Source: an uncultured virus (IMG/VR IMGVR_UViG_3300021959_000024) (lineage: Duplodnaviria; Heunggongvirae; Uroviricota; Caudoviricetes). Taken from it: a DNA stretch of 64,000 nucleotides. Below the pieces are notes generated by a model. That model worked only from the letters and a program-made list of their open reading frames with translations. It did not search any database and was not told the DNA's origin. Positions 10,074-19,404 of the stretch are shown here, in pieces. The position numbers were made by a program, and so were the translations under genes. Where the stretch lies: IMG/VR virus record IMGVR_UViG_3300021959_000024, one strand, 5' to 3'. How positions within the stretch are numbered: the first letter of the stretch is position 1; every line of letters starts with the position of its first letter.

Positions 10074-11318
10074 ATGGCTTCGATTATTAAACTAAAAAGA
10101 TCGTCAACAGCATCAGCAGTGCCTGGCGATTTAACCTTGCAAGCCGGTGAATTAGCGATTAACTTAGCTGATAAGAAGCTATTCTCTGCAAGGTCGAATG
10201 GTGAGACAATCACTATTTCGGGTGACCAATATAACTTAGATACCTCTGCAGGTAACTCTACACAGGGTGTTGTTACTTTAACAGTAGATAACGCTGCGTT
10301 ATCTAACGACTCAATTGTTTTTGTTGGTGACAACGGTACAGTAGTTTCACAAACTAACTCTTCGCATATCACTGTTGACAGTACTACATATGCAGTATCT
10401 ACGGGTGGTAATTCATCTATAGGTCAAATCACTTTAACACCTACTGGTGGTGGTGATACTTCTGCAGACACATTAAGCATTAAAGGTGCTAATGGTATTG
10501 TTGTTTCAGGTAACTCTACACAAATCACAGTTACAGCTGAGAGCTTTGACTACGACTTAAGTGCTGGTGGATCTGCTACAACAGGTACGGTTGTACTTGG
10601 AGATTCAGCTGGCGATGACGCCGACGTTGATACAGTAACATTCAGTGGTGCAAATAACGTTGTAGTTAAGAACGTTGATGGCAGTAACATTGAAGTTTAC
10701 TTAGCAAATGATGTAACAACTGCTACTGTAACAACTACAGGCTTAGCAAACGTAAACAGCTTAGACGTAGTAGGAAATGCTACTGTTGGCGGCACATTAG
10801 ACGTAACAAGCACATCACAATTTGACGGTGCAGTCACAGTTGGTAACTCTACTGCAAATGCAGTTATTTCTGCATCAGGTGATATTAACACTGATGGTAC
10901 TCTTGATGTTGCTGGCAACACTTCACTTCAAGGGGCAAACACAGACGTCGGTGGCCACTTAGATGTAACAGGCAGTGCAAGAGTTGGAGTAAACTTAACA
11001 GTTGCTGGTAACTTAACAGTTGAAGGTACAACAACTACTGTTGAATCAACTACGGTTACTATTGACGATCCTATGTTATCTCTTGGTGATAATAACACAT
11101 CAGGTGACGTAGTAGACATAGGTTTCTATGGAACATACAATGACGGAACTACTAAGCACTTTGCTATCGTAAGAGATGCAACAAATGATACAATTGTTGC
11201 TGTAAATGGCATTGGAACAGAGCCCGGTACAACCGTGACATACAATGCTGCTAACTCGTCTAGCACAGGAGACCTTGCAACGTTTGATGCTATCATAGAT
11301 GGCGGAACATACAGTTAA
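10074..11318 (+). CDS. Tail/whisker fibre protein (Mtd_N-like N-terminus)
   Basis: AGGAG RBS; IKLKRSS...GELAINLADKKLF; GNLTVEGTTTTVEST..IDD repeat; ends IDGGTYS. Confidence 0.75.
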   Translation: MASIIKLKRSSTASAVPGDLTLQAGELAINLADKKLFSARSNGETITISGDQYNLDTSAGNSTQGVVTLTVDNAALSNDSIVFVGDNGTVVSQTNSSHITVDSTTYAVSTGGNSSIGQITLTPTGGGDTSADTLSIKGANGIVVSGNSTQITVTAESFDYDLSAGGSATTGTVVLGDSAGDDADVDTVTFSGANNVVVKNVDGSNIEVYLANDVTTATVTTTGLANVNSLDVVGNATVGGTLDVTSTSQFDGAVTVGNSTANAVISASGDINTDGTLDVAGNTSLQGANTDVGGHLDVTGSARVGVNLTVAGNLTVEGTTTTVESTTVTIDDPMLSLGDNNTSGDVVDIGFYGTYNDGTTKHFAIVRDATNDTIVAVNGIGTEPGTTVTYNAANSSSTGDLATFDAIIDGGTYS

Positions 11319-11325
11319 ATAATAT

Positions 11326-11347
11326 AAGCCCCTTATATAAGGGGCTT
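11326..11347. terminator. Perfect 22-bp palindrome, probable terminator/processing hairpin
   Basis: AAGCCCCTTATATAAGGGGCTT in intergenic DNA; U-tail is weak. Confidence 0.55.
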
Positions 11348-11383
11348 TGAACTCTGCGTATATACGCATTGACGAGGAGCTAA

Positions 11384-12079
11384 ATGGCATCTGTAATTAA
11401 GATCAAGCGCTCCAGTACTTCTGGAAACGCACCAAATACATCACAACTATCTGCGGGTGAGTTGGCTATCAACACAGCCGACGGTATCTTATACTCCGCA
11501 AATGCAACAGCTGTATTTGAAGTAGGTGCTAATCTCTCCAATTTAACTGTAAACTCACAATCCTTTCCTACCCAAGACGGTTCGTCTGGTCAAGTCTTAA
11601 AAACAGATGGCGATGGACAACTCTACTGGACTAATGAAGCCGGTGCAGCAGGGTTTTCAGCTTTTACCTTATATGAATTCGTAGCAAGTAATAACCAGAC
11701 AAACTTTGCAGGGAACGATGATAATAGTAATAGTTTAGGATATAGAAGCGGAGATAGTATTCAAGTATTTTTGAATGGTATCCTATTAGAAGAAACAGAA
11801 GACTATACTGCTACTAATGGTGCTAATGTCATATTAACACAAGCAGCATCTAATAATGACTTACTACAAATCATGTCTTATGGGGTTGGATCTTCAAACA
11901 ACATAACAATTGCTGCTAATAACAACATAGGTATTGGCAATACAAATCCAGCCCATGTATTATCTGTTAATGGCAATGCATATTTCAGTGCTAACGTAAC
12001 CGTCAATGACACATTGTTAGATGGAAGCGATAGAGCATTTAAAGTTTATTATGCAAACGGTGATGTAGCGTGGGGGTAA
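11384..12079 (+). CDS. Fibre-like protein (Mtd_N-like N-terminus)
   Basis: IKIKRSS...GELAINTADG; DGSSGQVLKTDG.G.L.W; VFLNG; NIGIGNTNP...LSVNG. Confidence 0.7.
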   Translation: MASVIKIKRSSTSGNAPNTSQLSAGELAINTADGILYSANATAVFEVGANLSNLTVNSQSFPTQDGSSGQVLKTDGDGQLYWTNEAGAAGFSAFTLYEFVASNNQTNFAGNDDNSNSLGYRSGDSIQVFLNGILLEETEDYTATNGANVILTQAASNNDLLQIMSYGVGSSNNITIAANNNIGIGNTNPAHVLSVNGNAYFSANVTVNDTLLDGSDRAFKVYYANGDVAWG

Positions 12080-12082
12080 TAA

Positions 12083-12391
12083 ATGGCAAGTAAAGGTAGA
12101 CATTTAGCAGACATTATATCAGACACAGCAAGAGGTCAAAATATTGGGGCTGCTAATGCAAAAATTAAACAATCTAAAGATGCTCAAGGCGGTAAGAGAC
12201 TTGGTGCTGACGCAGACGATGATTTATTAGTTGCAAATACTATATCTGATAGAGTTGGTATACAGACAGCTAATCCACAGGCAACGCTTGATGTAGAAGG
12301 CGATATTAGAATAGGCACTGACTTAGAAGACAATTCAGGTAGAGTGTTCAAAGTATATCAGGCAAACGGCAACATAGCCTGGGGAGAATAA
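12083..12391 (+). CDS. Small fibre-like protein
   Basis: RVGIQTANPQATLDVEG; C-terminus similar to the upstream gene (FKVY.ANG..AWG). Confidence 0.6.
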   Translation: MASKGRHLADIISDTARGQNIGAANAKIKQSKDAQGGKRLGADADDDLLVANTISDRVGIQTANPQATLDVEGDIRIGTDLEDNSGRVFKVYQANGNIAWGE

Positions 12392-12399
12392 ATAGTATT

Positions 12400-13140
12400 A
12401 TGAGTGTACCAACAACAAAAGATGAATTTAAAGAACACTGTCTTAGAAGATTGGGTAAACCTGTAATTGAAATTAACGTTGATGAAGATCAAATTGATGA
12501 TAGAGTAGATGAGGCATTATCGTACTACCAAGATTATCATTTTGATGGCGTAGAGCAAACATATTACAAACACGTCGTAACCGATGCTGATAAGACAAAT
12601 GGATATATCACTGTGCCAGATAATATTATTGGCGTAGTGGATCTCTTTGACATTGGTGACTCAACATCTACAAACAACCTGTTTAATATCAGGTATCAGA
12701 TCGCTTTGAACGATCTCTACGACCTTTCTAGATACGAGCTGGTACCTTACTATATGAACTTCCAAAACATTCGTATGATCGAAGAAATACTGGTTGGAAA
12801 GCAGTTGTTTAGATATAGTAGAGTAGGCAACCAATTACATATTGATATGAATTGGGATAGAATTAATACTGGCAATTACATTATAGCTAAGGCTTATAAA
12901 GTATGGGATCCAGCAACATATACAGATATCTGGAAAGATAGATGGTTATTAAGATATGCTTCTTGCTTGATAAAGATTCAATGGGGTAGCAACTTAACAA
13001 AGTTTGAGGGGCTGCAACTTCCTGGGGGAGTTCAATTTAATGGACAAAAGATATATGATGATGCAGTTGCAGAAAGACAACAATTAGAAGAAGAAATGGC
13101 AACAGCATATATGTATCCTCCAGAAGATATGGTGGGATAA
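12400..13140 (+). CDS. gp13: Neck protein gp13
   Basis: LRRLGKPVIEINVDEDQIDD...KIQWGSNLTKF.G.QLPGGV..NG. Confidence 0.9.
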   Translation: MSVPTTKDEFKEHCLRRLGKPVIEINVDEDQIDDRVDEALSYYQDYHFDGVEQTYYKHVVTDADKTNGYITVPDNIIGVVDLFDIGDSTSTNNLFNIRYQIALNDLYDLSRYELVPYYMNFQNIRMIEEILVGKQLFRYSRVGNQLHIDMNWDRINTGNYIIAKAYKVWDPATYTDIWKDRWLLRYASCLIKIQWGSNLTKFEGLQLPGGVQFNGQKIYDDAVAERQQLEEEMATAYMYPPEDMVG

Positions 13141-13141
13141 A

Positions 13142-13885
13142 ATGGCTACAAATGTATTCTTCAATAACTTTAACAATAGTGGCGAACAAGACTTAATAGA
13201 AGATTTAATTATTGAGTCTATTTCCATCTATGGTATTGATGCATACTATTTGCCAAAGACGTACTATGACTATGATAACCTTTATGGTGAAAGTGATCTA
13301 GGTTTATTCAAAGAATTTTACACCACGACTATGTACATTAATTCTGTAGAAGGATTTGGTGGCGAGGGTGATTTCTTGTCTAAGTTTGGCGTTGAGCAAA
13401 GAGATACTATGACAATGTCAGTAGCTAGAAGAACTTTTGAAGATGAAGTAGGACGTTCTGATTTAGCAAACATTCCAAGACCTAGAGAAGGCGATTTAAT
13501 TTGGTTCCCACTTAATCAAAAATTGTACTCATTAAGTTTTGTAGAACACGAACCTGTATTCTATCAAATGGGCCAGCTACAGTTTTATGAACTAAGATTA
13601 GAAATGTTTGAATACTCTGGTGAGAGATTTAGTACTGGTATACAAGAAATTGATCAGCTTGAGCAACAAAGATCAATGGATATATTCATGGAGTCTCAGC
13701 TAATGATGGAAACTGGAGATTTACCAATCCACGATGAAAGAGGTGATAGAATTATATTAAGCGGGTTTACAGAATTAGATCAAGACGATATAACAGACAG
13801 TGAAAATTCATTTATAGAAACACAAGCTGATAATTTTATTGACTTTACAGACAGGGATCCATTCAGTGAAGGAGGATCGTTCTAA
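13142..13885 (+). CDS. gp14: Neck protein gp14
   Basis: EQDLIEDLIIESI..YG...SKFG...PREGDLI.FP...VEHE..FYQ.G; ends DPFSE. Confidence 0.9.
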   Translation: MATNVFFNNFNNSGEQDLIEDLIIESISIYGIDAYYLPKTYYDYDNLYGESDLGLFKEFYTTTMYINSVEGFGGEGDFLSKFGVEQRDTMTMSVARRTFEDEVGRSDLANIPRPREGDLIWFPLNQKLYSLSFVEHEPVFYQMGQLQFYELRLEMFEYSGERFSTGIQEIDQLEQQRSMDIFMESQLMMETGDLPIHDERGDRIILSGFTELDQDDITDSENSFIETQADNFIDFTDRDPFSEGGSF

Positions 13886-14700
13886 TGTTTGGTCATGATT
13901 ACTACCATGAAAGTATTAGAAAGTATATCATTTTATTTGGTACACTTTTCAATGACATTCATATAAAAAGAAAAAACAGTAGTGGCAATGTTATTCAAAA
14001 AATAAAGTGCCCGTTAACATATGCACCCAGAGAAAAAGTTACTGCAAGATTAGAACAAAACTTAAATCTAACAGAACAACAAAGTATGTTGTTACCAAGA
14101 CTGTCATTTGAAATGACTACTTTGCAATACGATCCAGCTAGAAAGTTAAATACTATTAATAAAAGAAGAAAAGATGCAACGGATCCAGCATTAAGAAAGA
14201 GCGTTTTTAATCCTGTTCCTTATGATATATCTTTTGACTTCAACATTTATGTTAGATATGCAGAAGATGCTACACAAATATTAGAACAGATACTTCCGTT
14301 CTTTACACCAGAATATACTGCAACAATTAACTTGATTCCAGAAATGGACATTAAAGCAGATATTCCTATTGTGTTGCAAGGAATGAGCTCACAAGATACA
14401 TATGAAGGCGACTTTGAAACAAGAAGAGCGCTTATATGGAATTTAAATTTTGTAATGAAAGGGTATTTGTATGGACCTATAAAAGAAACTGGCATTATTA
14501 ATAATGCTAATATTAATTTTTATACATCATCCACAGCTAATGTAATAGCAACATCTACCAAATTAACTCCCGGATTGGATGAATTTAGAAATCCAACCAC
14601 AAATGCTGCTGCAACGTTACCGCCTTCAGAAATCAAATCTGGTGATAACTTTGACTACATTTTTAATTATGAGGACTATTTCAATGGAGATATCGAATAA
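13885..14700 (+). CDS. gp15: Tail sheath stabilizer/terminator gp15
   Basis: YHESIRKYIILFGTLFNDI...LPRLSFE...QILEQILPFFTP. Confidence 0.9.
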   Translation: MFGHDYYHESIRKYIILFGTLFNDIHIKRKNSSGNVIQKIKCPLTYAPREKVTARLEQNLNLTEQQSMLLPRLSFEMTTLQYDPARKLNTINKRRKDATDPALRKSVFNPVPYDISFDFNIYVRYAEDATQILEQILPFFTPEYTATINLIPEMDIKADIPIVLQGMSSQDTYEGDFETRRALIWNLNFVMKGYLYGPIKETGIINNANINFYTSSTANVIATSTKLTPGLDEFRNPTTNAAATLPPSEIKSGDNFDYIFNYEDYFNGDIE

Positions 14701-15109
14701 CGATCCTATCAGTCAAGCACTAGACATTTCGCCACTAGAAAAAGAAGGTGAATTGTTGCCTGCAAAGACTGAAAAGGAAAAACCAAGTAACCCGGAACTA
14801 GAGAACGATTTCAAATATGCACGAGAAAATCTATACAATATTATAGAAAGAGGAACGGACGCATTAAATGGAATTGTTGATTTAGCTCAACAGAGTCAAC
14901 ACCCAAGATCATTTGAGGTAGTTGCTGATTTAGTACGAACTTTATCTACTGCAAACAAAGACTTGCTGGATCTTCAAAAGAAGATGAAAGATATGCAACC
15001 AGAGGATAAAGGACCTAGTAAAGTAACAAACAATCTATTTGTAGGCAGTACAAAAGATTTAACGTCGCTATTAGAAGGTGGCGCAAGAAAAATAAAGAAA
15101 GATGGCTGA
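14684..15109 (+). CDS. gp16: Terminase small subunit gp16
   Basis: DFKYARENL...QHPRSFEV...NNLFVGST.DL; immediately before gp17. Confidence 0.9.
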   Translation: MEISNNDPISQALDISPLEKEGELLPAKTEKEKPSNPELENDFKYARENLYNIIERGTDALNGIVDLAQQSQHPRSFEVVADLVRTLSTANKDLLDLQKKMKDMQPEDKGPSKVTNNLFVGSTKDLTSLLEGGARKIKKDG

Positions 15110-16754
15110 TCATTATCTAGGTAATCCAAAACTAAAGAAAGGCAATATTGAAATTGACTTTACTGAAGAACAAATAAAAGAGATTGTTAAATGTAGCAAA
15201 GATGTCGTTTACTTTTGTGAAAAGTATATTAAGATTGTTAATATTGATGAAGGTCTTGTAGGCTACAATCCATACGAATATCAAAAAAATATTATGAGGA
15301 CTGTTGATGCTAATAGATTTGTAATATGTAAAATGCCTAGACAGACTGGTAAGACAACTACAATGGTTGCTATCATGATGCACTATGCATTATTTAATCC
15401 AGATTTCAATATTGCTATTCTTGCTAACAAAGCAGCCACATCAAGAGAAATTTTATCAAGATTACAATTGGCTTATGAAAACTTGCCATGGTTTTTACAA
15501 CAAGGTATTGTAGAATGGAACAAAGGTAATATTGAATTAGAAAATGGTTCAAAAATATTTGCATCGTCAACGTCTGCATCATCTGTAAGGGGCATGTCTA
15601 TTAACCTAGTATACTTGGATGAGTTTGCATTCGTACCTGCAACAGTACAAGACGAGTTCTTTTCGTCTGTGTATCCTACTATTTCATCTGGTAGAACATC
15701 AAGGGTGCTAATAACATCTACGCCAAATGGCATGAATATGTTTTACAAACTGTGGCATGATGCAGAAAAGGGAATGAATGATTATGCAACAGTTAGTGTT
15801 AACTGGTGGGATGTTCCTGGTAGAGATGAAGCGTGGAAAGAAGAAACAATACGTAATACATCGGAAAAACAATTCGCGGTTGAGTTCGAATGTGAGTTCT
15901 TAGGTTCATCAAACACATTGATTGATCCTAACAAACTTAGAATGATGGTATATGAAGAACCAATCAAACATAACGACAGTTTAAAAATTTTCCATGAACC
16001 GCAACCTAATCACCTCTATGCAATTGCTGTAGATGTGAGTAGGGGCGTAGGAAACGACTACAGTGCATTTGTAGTTGTAGATGTAACAGAAGTGCCTTAT
16101 AAGGTAGTAGCTACATTTAGAAACAATACAATAGCACCAGTATTATATCCAAAAGCAATTTACAATGCGGGCAGAGCATATAACAATGCATCTGTTCTAG
16201 TTGAAATTAATGATATTGGACAGCAAGTTGCTGATATACTACATCATGATTTAGAATACGAAGGTCTTATAAAGGCAGTCTGGAAGGGTAGAGCTGGACA
16301 GATTTGTGGTGGAGGCTTTGGCGGTGGAGATAGCCAACTAGGGGTTAGAACAACATCATCTTTAAAAAGAATAGGTTGTTCTATGTTAAAAACAATTATT
16401 GAAAACGATAGATTAGTTATAAATGATTTTGATATATTATCTGAACTGACCTCGTTTGTATCAAACAAACGAGGAACAAACTATGAAGCTGAAGAAGGAA
16501 TGACGGATGACCTTGCAATGTGCTTGGTATTATTTTCATGGTTAACAGGTCAAGATTACTTCAAAGAACTAACCGACATAGATATTAGAAAAAATTTATA
16601 TGAACTCAACCAACAAGCATTAGAGGATGAACTTGTGCCTTTTGGTTTTATAGATATTGGTACAGATGATAGTTGGGATGAAGACGATGAGTTTAAAGGC
16701 GGAGAGTTAGTTAAGTCTTGGGATTATGATTATGACAGAGATCAAACTTTCTAA
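15102..16754 (+). CDS. gp17: Terminase large subunit gp17
   Basis: YLGNP.LK, PRQTGKTT Walker A, LDEFAF Walker B, TSTPNG, DDLAM. Confidence 0.97.
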   Translation: MADHYLGNPKLKKGNIEIDFTEEQIKEIVKCSKDVVYFCEKYIKIVNIDEGLVGYNPYEYQKNIMRTVDANRFVICKMPRQTGKTTTMVAIMMHYALFNPDFNIAILANKAATSREILSRLQLAYENLPWFLQQGIVEWNKGNIELENGSKIFASSTSASSVRGMSINLVYLDEFAFVPATVQDEFFSSVYPTISSGRTSRVLITSTPNGMNMFYKLWHDAEKGMNDYATVSVNWWDVPGRDEAWKEETIRNTSEKQFAVEFECEFLGSSNTLIDPNKLRMMVYEEPIKHNDSLKIFHEPQPNHLYAIAVDVSRGVGNDYSAFVVVDVTEVPYKVVATFRNNTIAPVLYPKAIYNAGRAYNNASVLVEINDIGQQVADILHHDLEYEGLIKAVWKGRAGQICGGGFGGGDSQLGVRTTSSLKRIGCSMLKTIIENDRLVINDFDILSELTSFVSNKRGTNYEAEEGMTDDLAMCLVLFSWLTGQDYFKELTDIDIRKNLYELNQQALEDELVPFGFIDIGTDDSWDEDDEFKGGELVKSWDYDYDRDQTF

Positions 16755-16815
16755 GAGTCAGATTTAATAAATATATCGAGAGCTTTATACACTATTTAAA
16801 TAAAGGAGAATTGAG

Positions 16816-18747
16816 ATGCCATTTCAGGTCAGTCCAGGCGTAAATGTATCAGAAATAGATCTGAGTACTGTTGTACCAGCTGTTTCGACTACAGAAGGCG
16901 CAATTGCAGGGGTTTTCAAATGGGGACCGGTAGATACTCGTGTTCTAGTCGACAGTGAAGAAACGCTGGTTGCTAGGTTCGGGGATCCGAAACCATTTGC
17001 GAACGGAGATCTGCTAAATTCAGAGACATTTTTTACCGCAGCTAATTTCTTAGCATACGGTAATAAATTGTATGTAACACGTGTTGTAGACTCTGGTGCA
17101 CTAAATGCTGCAACAGAAGCAAATACAGCATTAATCAAAAATGATGATTTAATTGACAGCGTAACCGTACCAGCTGGGGGACACTTCATAGCAAGATACC
17201 CTGGTTCTTTAGGTAACAGCTTAAAAGTATCAGTGTGTGATTCTGGGAATGCATATAGCATTGCTTTAGGCACAGGTATTACTATTAGTTCTGGTTCTAA
17301 TACTGCAACTGTAGTTGAGGACGTAAGTTCTAAAATCCAAGTCGGAGATAGATTAAGATTTGGTAATACAAAAATTGGTACATTTGATTTACAGCTATCT
17401 GCTATTTCAGTAGACGGTCAAACATTATCTTTCAAAAACAAATACACAGGGTCTGATGATCTTTCATCTTTTACAGGTGCAACAAGATATTGGAAACACT
17501 TTGACTTAGTCAGAGCAGCTCCTGGAACATCAGCTTTTGCAACAGCTAAAGGTGGTGTGGGTGATGAAATTCACGTAGTTGTTGAAGACGAAGATGGTGA
17601 TATCACAGGTGTCAAAGGAACAGTTTTAGAACTATACGAAGGCGTATCAAGAGCAACAGATGCTAAAACAGAAGTTGGCGAATCTAATTATTGGATCGAT
17701 GTAATTGAAAGATCCTCTGGTTGGATTTATGCAAAGAATGCTGCATCGTTAGCTGCTGACACAACAGCTGCAACAGCAACTGCATTAACCTCTAGCTTAG
17801 CAACATACCAATCAATGAGCGGTGGTGTTGACTCATCTAACGAATCTACTATCGCATTAGGCGAAGTTGTGGCAGGTTATGATTTATACAAATCTGCAGA
17901 AGATGTAGATATTAGCTTAGTACTTCAAGGTAAGGCAATAGGTGGAACACACAAAGTAGGCCTTGCTAACTATATTAGAGACAATATTTGCGAATCAAGA
18001 AGAGATTGCGTAGGGTTTATCTCTCCAGACAAAGATGACGTAGTCAACAATGCTGGTGATGAACACACAGACGTAGTAGAATTCAGAAATCAAATTGCTG
18101 GTTCTTCTTACATCTTCATGGATAGCGGATACAAATATCAATACGACAAGTATTCCGATAAGTACAGATGGATCCCTCTTAACGGTGACATTGCAGGTTT
18201 AGCTGTAAGAACAGATGAACTAAGAGACGCATGGTTCTCTCCTGCTGGTTACAACAGAGGCCAAATCAAGAACATCGTAAAACTTGCATTTAATCCTAAG
18301 AAGGGTCAAAGAGACGTTATGTATCAAGCAGATGTTAACCCAGTAGTAACATTCCCTGGACAAGGCACAGTCTTGTTTGGTGATAAAACATTACTAGGTA
18401 AGCCTTCTGCATTCGATAGACTAAACGTAAGAAGATTGTTCATCGTACTTGAGAAAGCAATCAGCACTGCATCTAAGTTTACATTGTTCGAATTCAACGA
18501 TCAGTTTACCAGAGCGCAGTTTAGAAATTTGGTAGAACCATTCTTAAGAGATGTACAAGGTAGAAGAGGAATTACAGACTTCAGAGTTGTATGTGACGAC
18601 ACAAATAACACAGGAGAAGTAATTGATAGAAACGAGTTTGTTGGAGACATTTACATCAAGCCTGCTAGATCAATCAACTTCATTCAGTTAAACTTCGTTG
18701 CAGTAAGAACTGGAGTAGAATTCTCAGAGATTGTTGGTCAATTTTAA
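16816..18747 (+). CDS. gp18: Tail sheath protein gp18
   Basis: SPGVNVSEIDL, WFSPAG.NRG, NVRRLF, FEFND, KPARSINFI.LNF. Confidence 0.97.
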   Translation: MPFQVSPGVNVSEIDLSTVVPAVSTTEGAIAGVFKWGPVDTRVLVDSEETLVARFGDPKPFANGDLLNSETFFTAANFLAYGNKLYVTRVVDSGALNAATEANTALIKNDDLIDSVTVPAGGHFIARYPGSLGNSLKVSVCDSGNAYSIALGTGITISSGSNTATVVEDVSSKIQVGDRLRFGNTKIGTFDLQLSAISVDGQTLSFKNKYTGSDDLSSFTGATRYWKHFDLVRAAPGTSAFATAKGGVGDEIHVVVEDEDGDITGVKGTVLELYEGVSRATDAKTEVGESNYWIDVIERSSGWIYAKNAASLAADTTAATATALTSSLATYQSMSGGVDSSNESTIALGEVVAGYDLYKSAEDVDISLVLQGKAIGGTHKVGLANYIRDNICESRRDCVGFISPDKDDVVNNAGDEHTDVVEFRNQIAGSSYIFMDSGYKYQYDKYSDKYRWIPLNGDIAGLAVRTDELRDAWFSPAGYNRGQIKNIVKLAFNPKKGQRDVMYQADVNPVVTFPGQGTVLFGDKTLLGKPSAFDRLNVRRLFIVLEKAISTASKFTLFEFNDQFTRAQFRNLVEPFLRDVQGRRGITDFRVVCDDTNNTGEVIDRNEFVGDIYIKPARSINFIQLNFVAVRTGVEFSEIVGQF

Positions 18748-18769
18748 TAAATAGGAATAGGAGACAAAA

Positions 18770-19321
18770 ATGGCTTTTAACATTAACGAAATTAGGTCAC
18801 AGCTAACACTTGGTGGTGCTAGACCTACCCTGTTCCAAGTAAACATCTCTAACCCAGCAAACAGTGCCGGTGATCTGAAAACTCCATTTATGGTGAGAGC
18901 TTCTCAGGTTCCAGCATCTACTTTAGGTTTTATCGAAGTACCATATTTCGGTAGAAAGGTAAAGATTGCAGGCGACAGAACATTTGCTGAATGGAACGTA
19001 ACAGTAATCAATGACGAAGACTTCTTAATTAGAAATGCTATGGAAGAGTGGATGCAATCAATCAACTCTCACCTTGGCAACGTAAGAGGCTTCGGATCTG
19101 CGAGTGACTTATCTTATAAGTCAACAGCACAGGTCATTCAATATTCTAAGACAGGAGTACCTATCAGAGAATATAGCTTCAACGGTTTATTCCCAGTAAA
19201 CATTACTGAGATGGAAGTTGACTGGAATGCCACAGACGTGCTTCAAGAATTCCAGGTCACTTTCCAGTACGACTGGTGGGAAGTAACTGGTGGTTCTACA
19301 GGGAACGCAGGCGGAAACTAA
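18770..19321 (+). CDS. gp19: Tail tube protein gp19
   Basis: GGARPTLF...AGDRTFAEW.VTV.NDEDF..R...E.W; follows gp18. Confidence 0.95.
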   Translation: MAFNINEIRSQLTLGGARPTLFQVNISNPANSAGDLKTPFMVRASQVPASTLGFIEVPYFGRKVKIAGDRTFAEWNVTVINDEDFLIRNAMEEWMQSINSHLGNVRGFGSASDLSYKSTAQVIQYSKTGVPIREYSFNGLFPVNITEMEVDWNATDVLQEFQVTFQYDWWEVTGGSTGNAGGN

Positions 19322-19327
19322 GATTAA

Positions 19328-19359
19328 AGGGCAACAACTCGTTGCCCTCTTTTCTTTTA
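19328..19359 (+). terminator. Rho-independent terminator
   Basis: AGGGCAAC-aactc-GTTGCCCT followed by a T-rich tail. Confidence 0.75.
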
Positions 19360-19378
19360 TAGGGTACGATATGCCCTT

Positions 19379-19386
19379 TATAAATA
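19379..19386 (+). promoter_or_regulatory. T4-type late promoter TATAAATA
   Basis: Exact consensus upstream of the portal gene. Confidence 0.8.
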
Positions 19387-19404
19387 TATGATGAGGTAAC
19401 CCCT

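Noticed and set aside
6014..12079. Diversity-generating retroelement implied by Mtd_N-like domains
   Set aside because: No reverse transcriptase and no TR/VR pair with adenine-specific mismatches seen in the window
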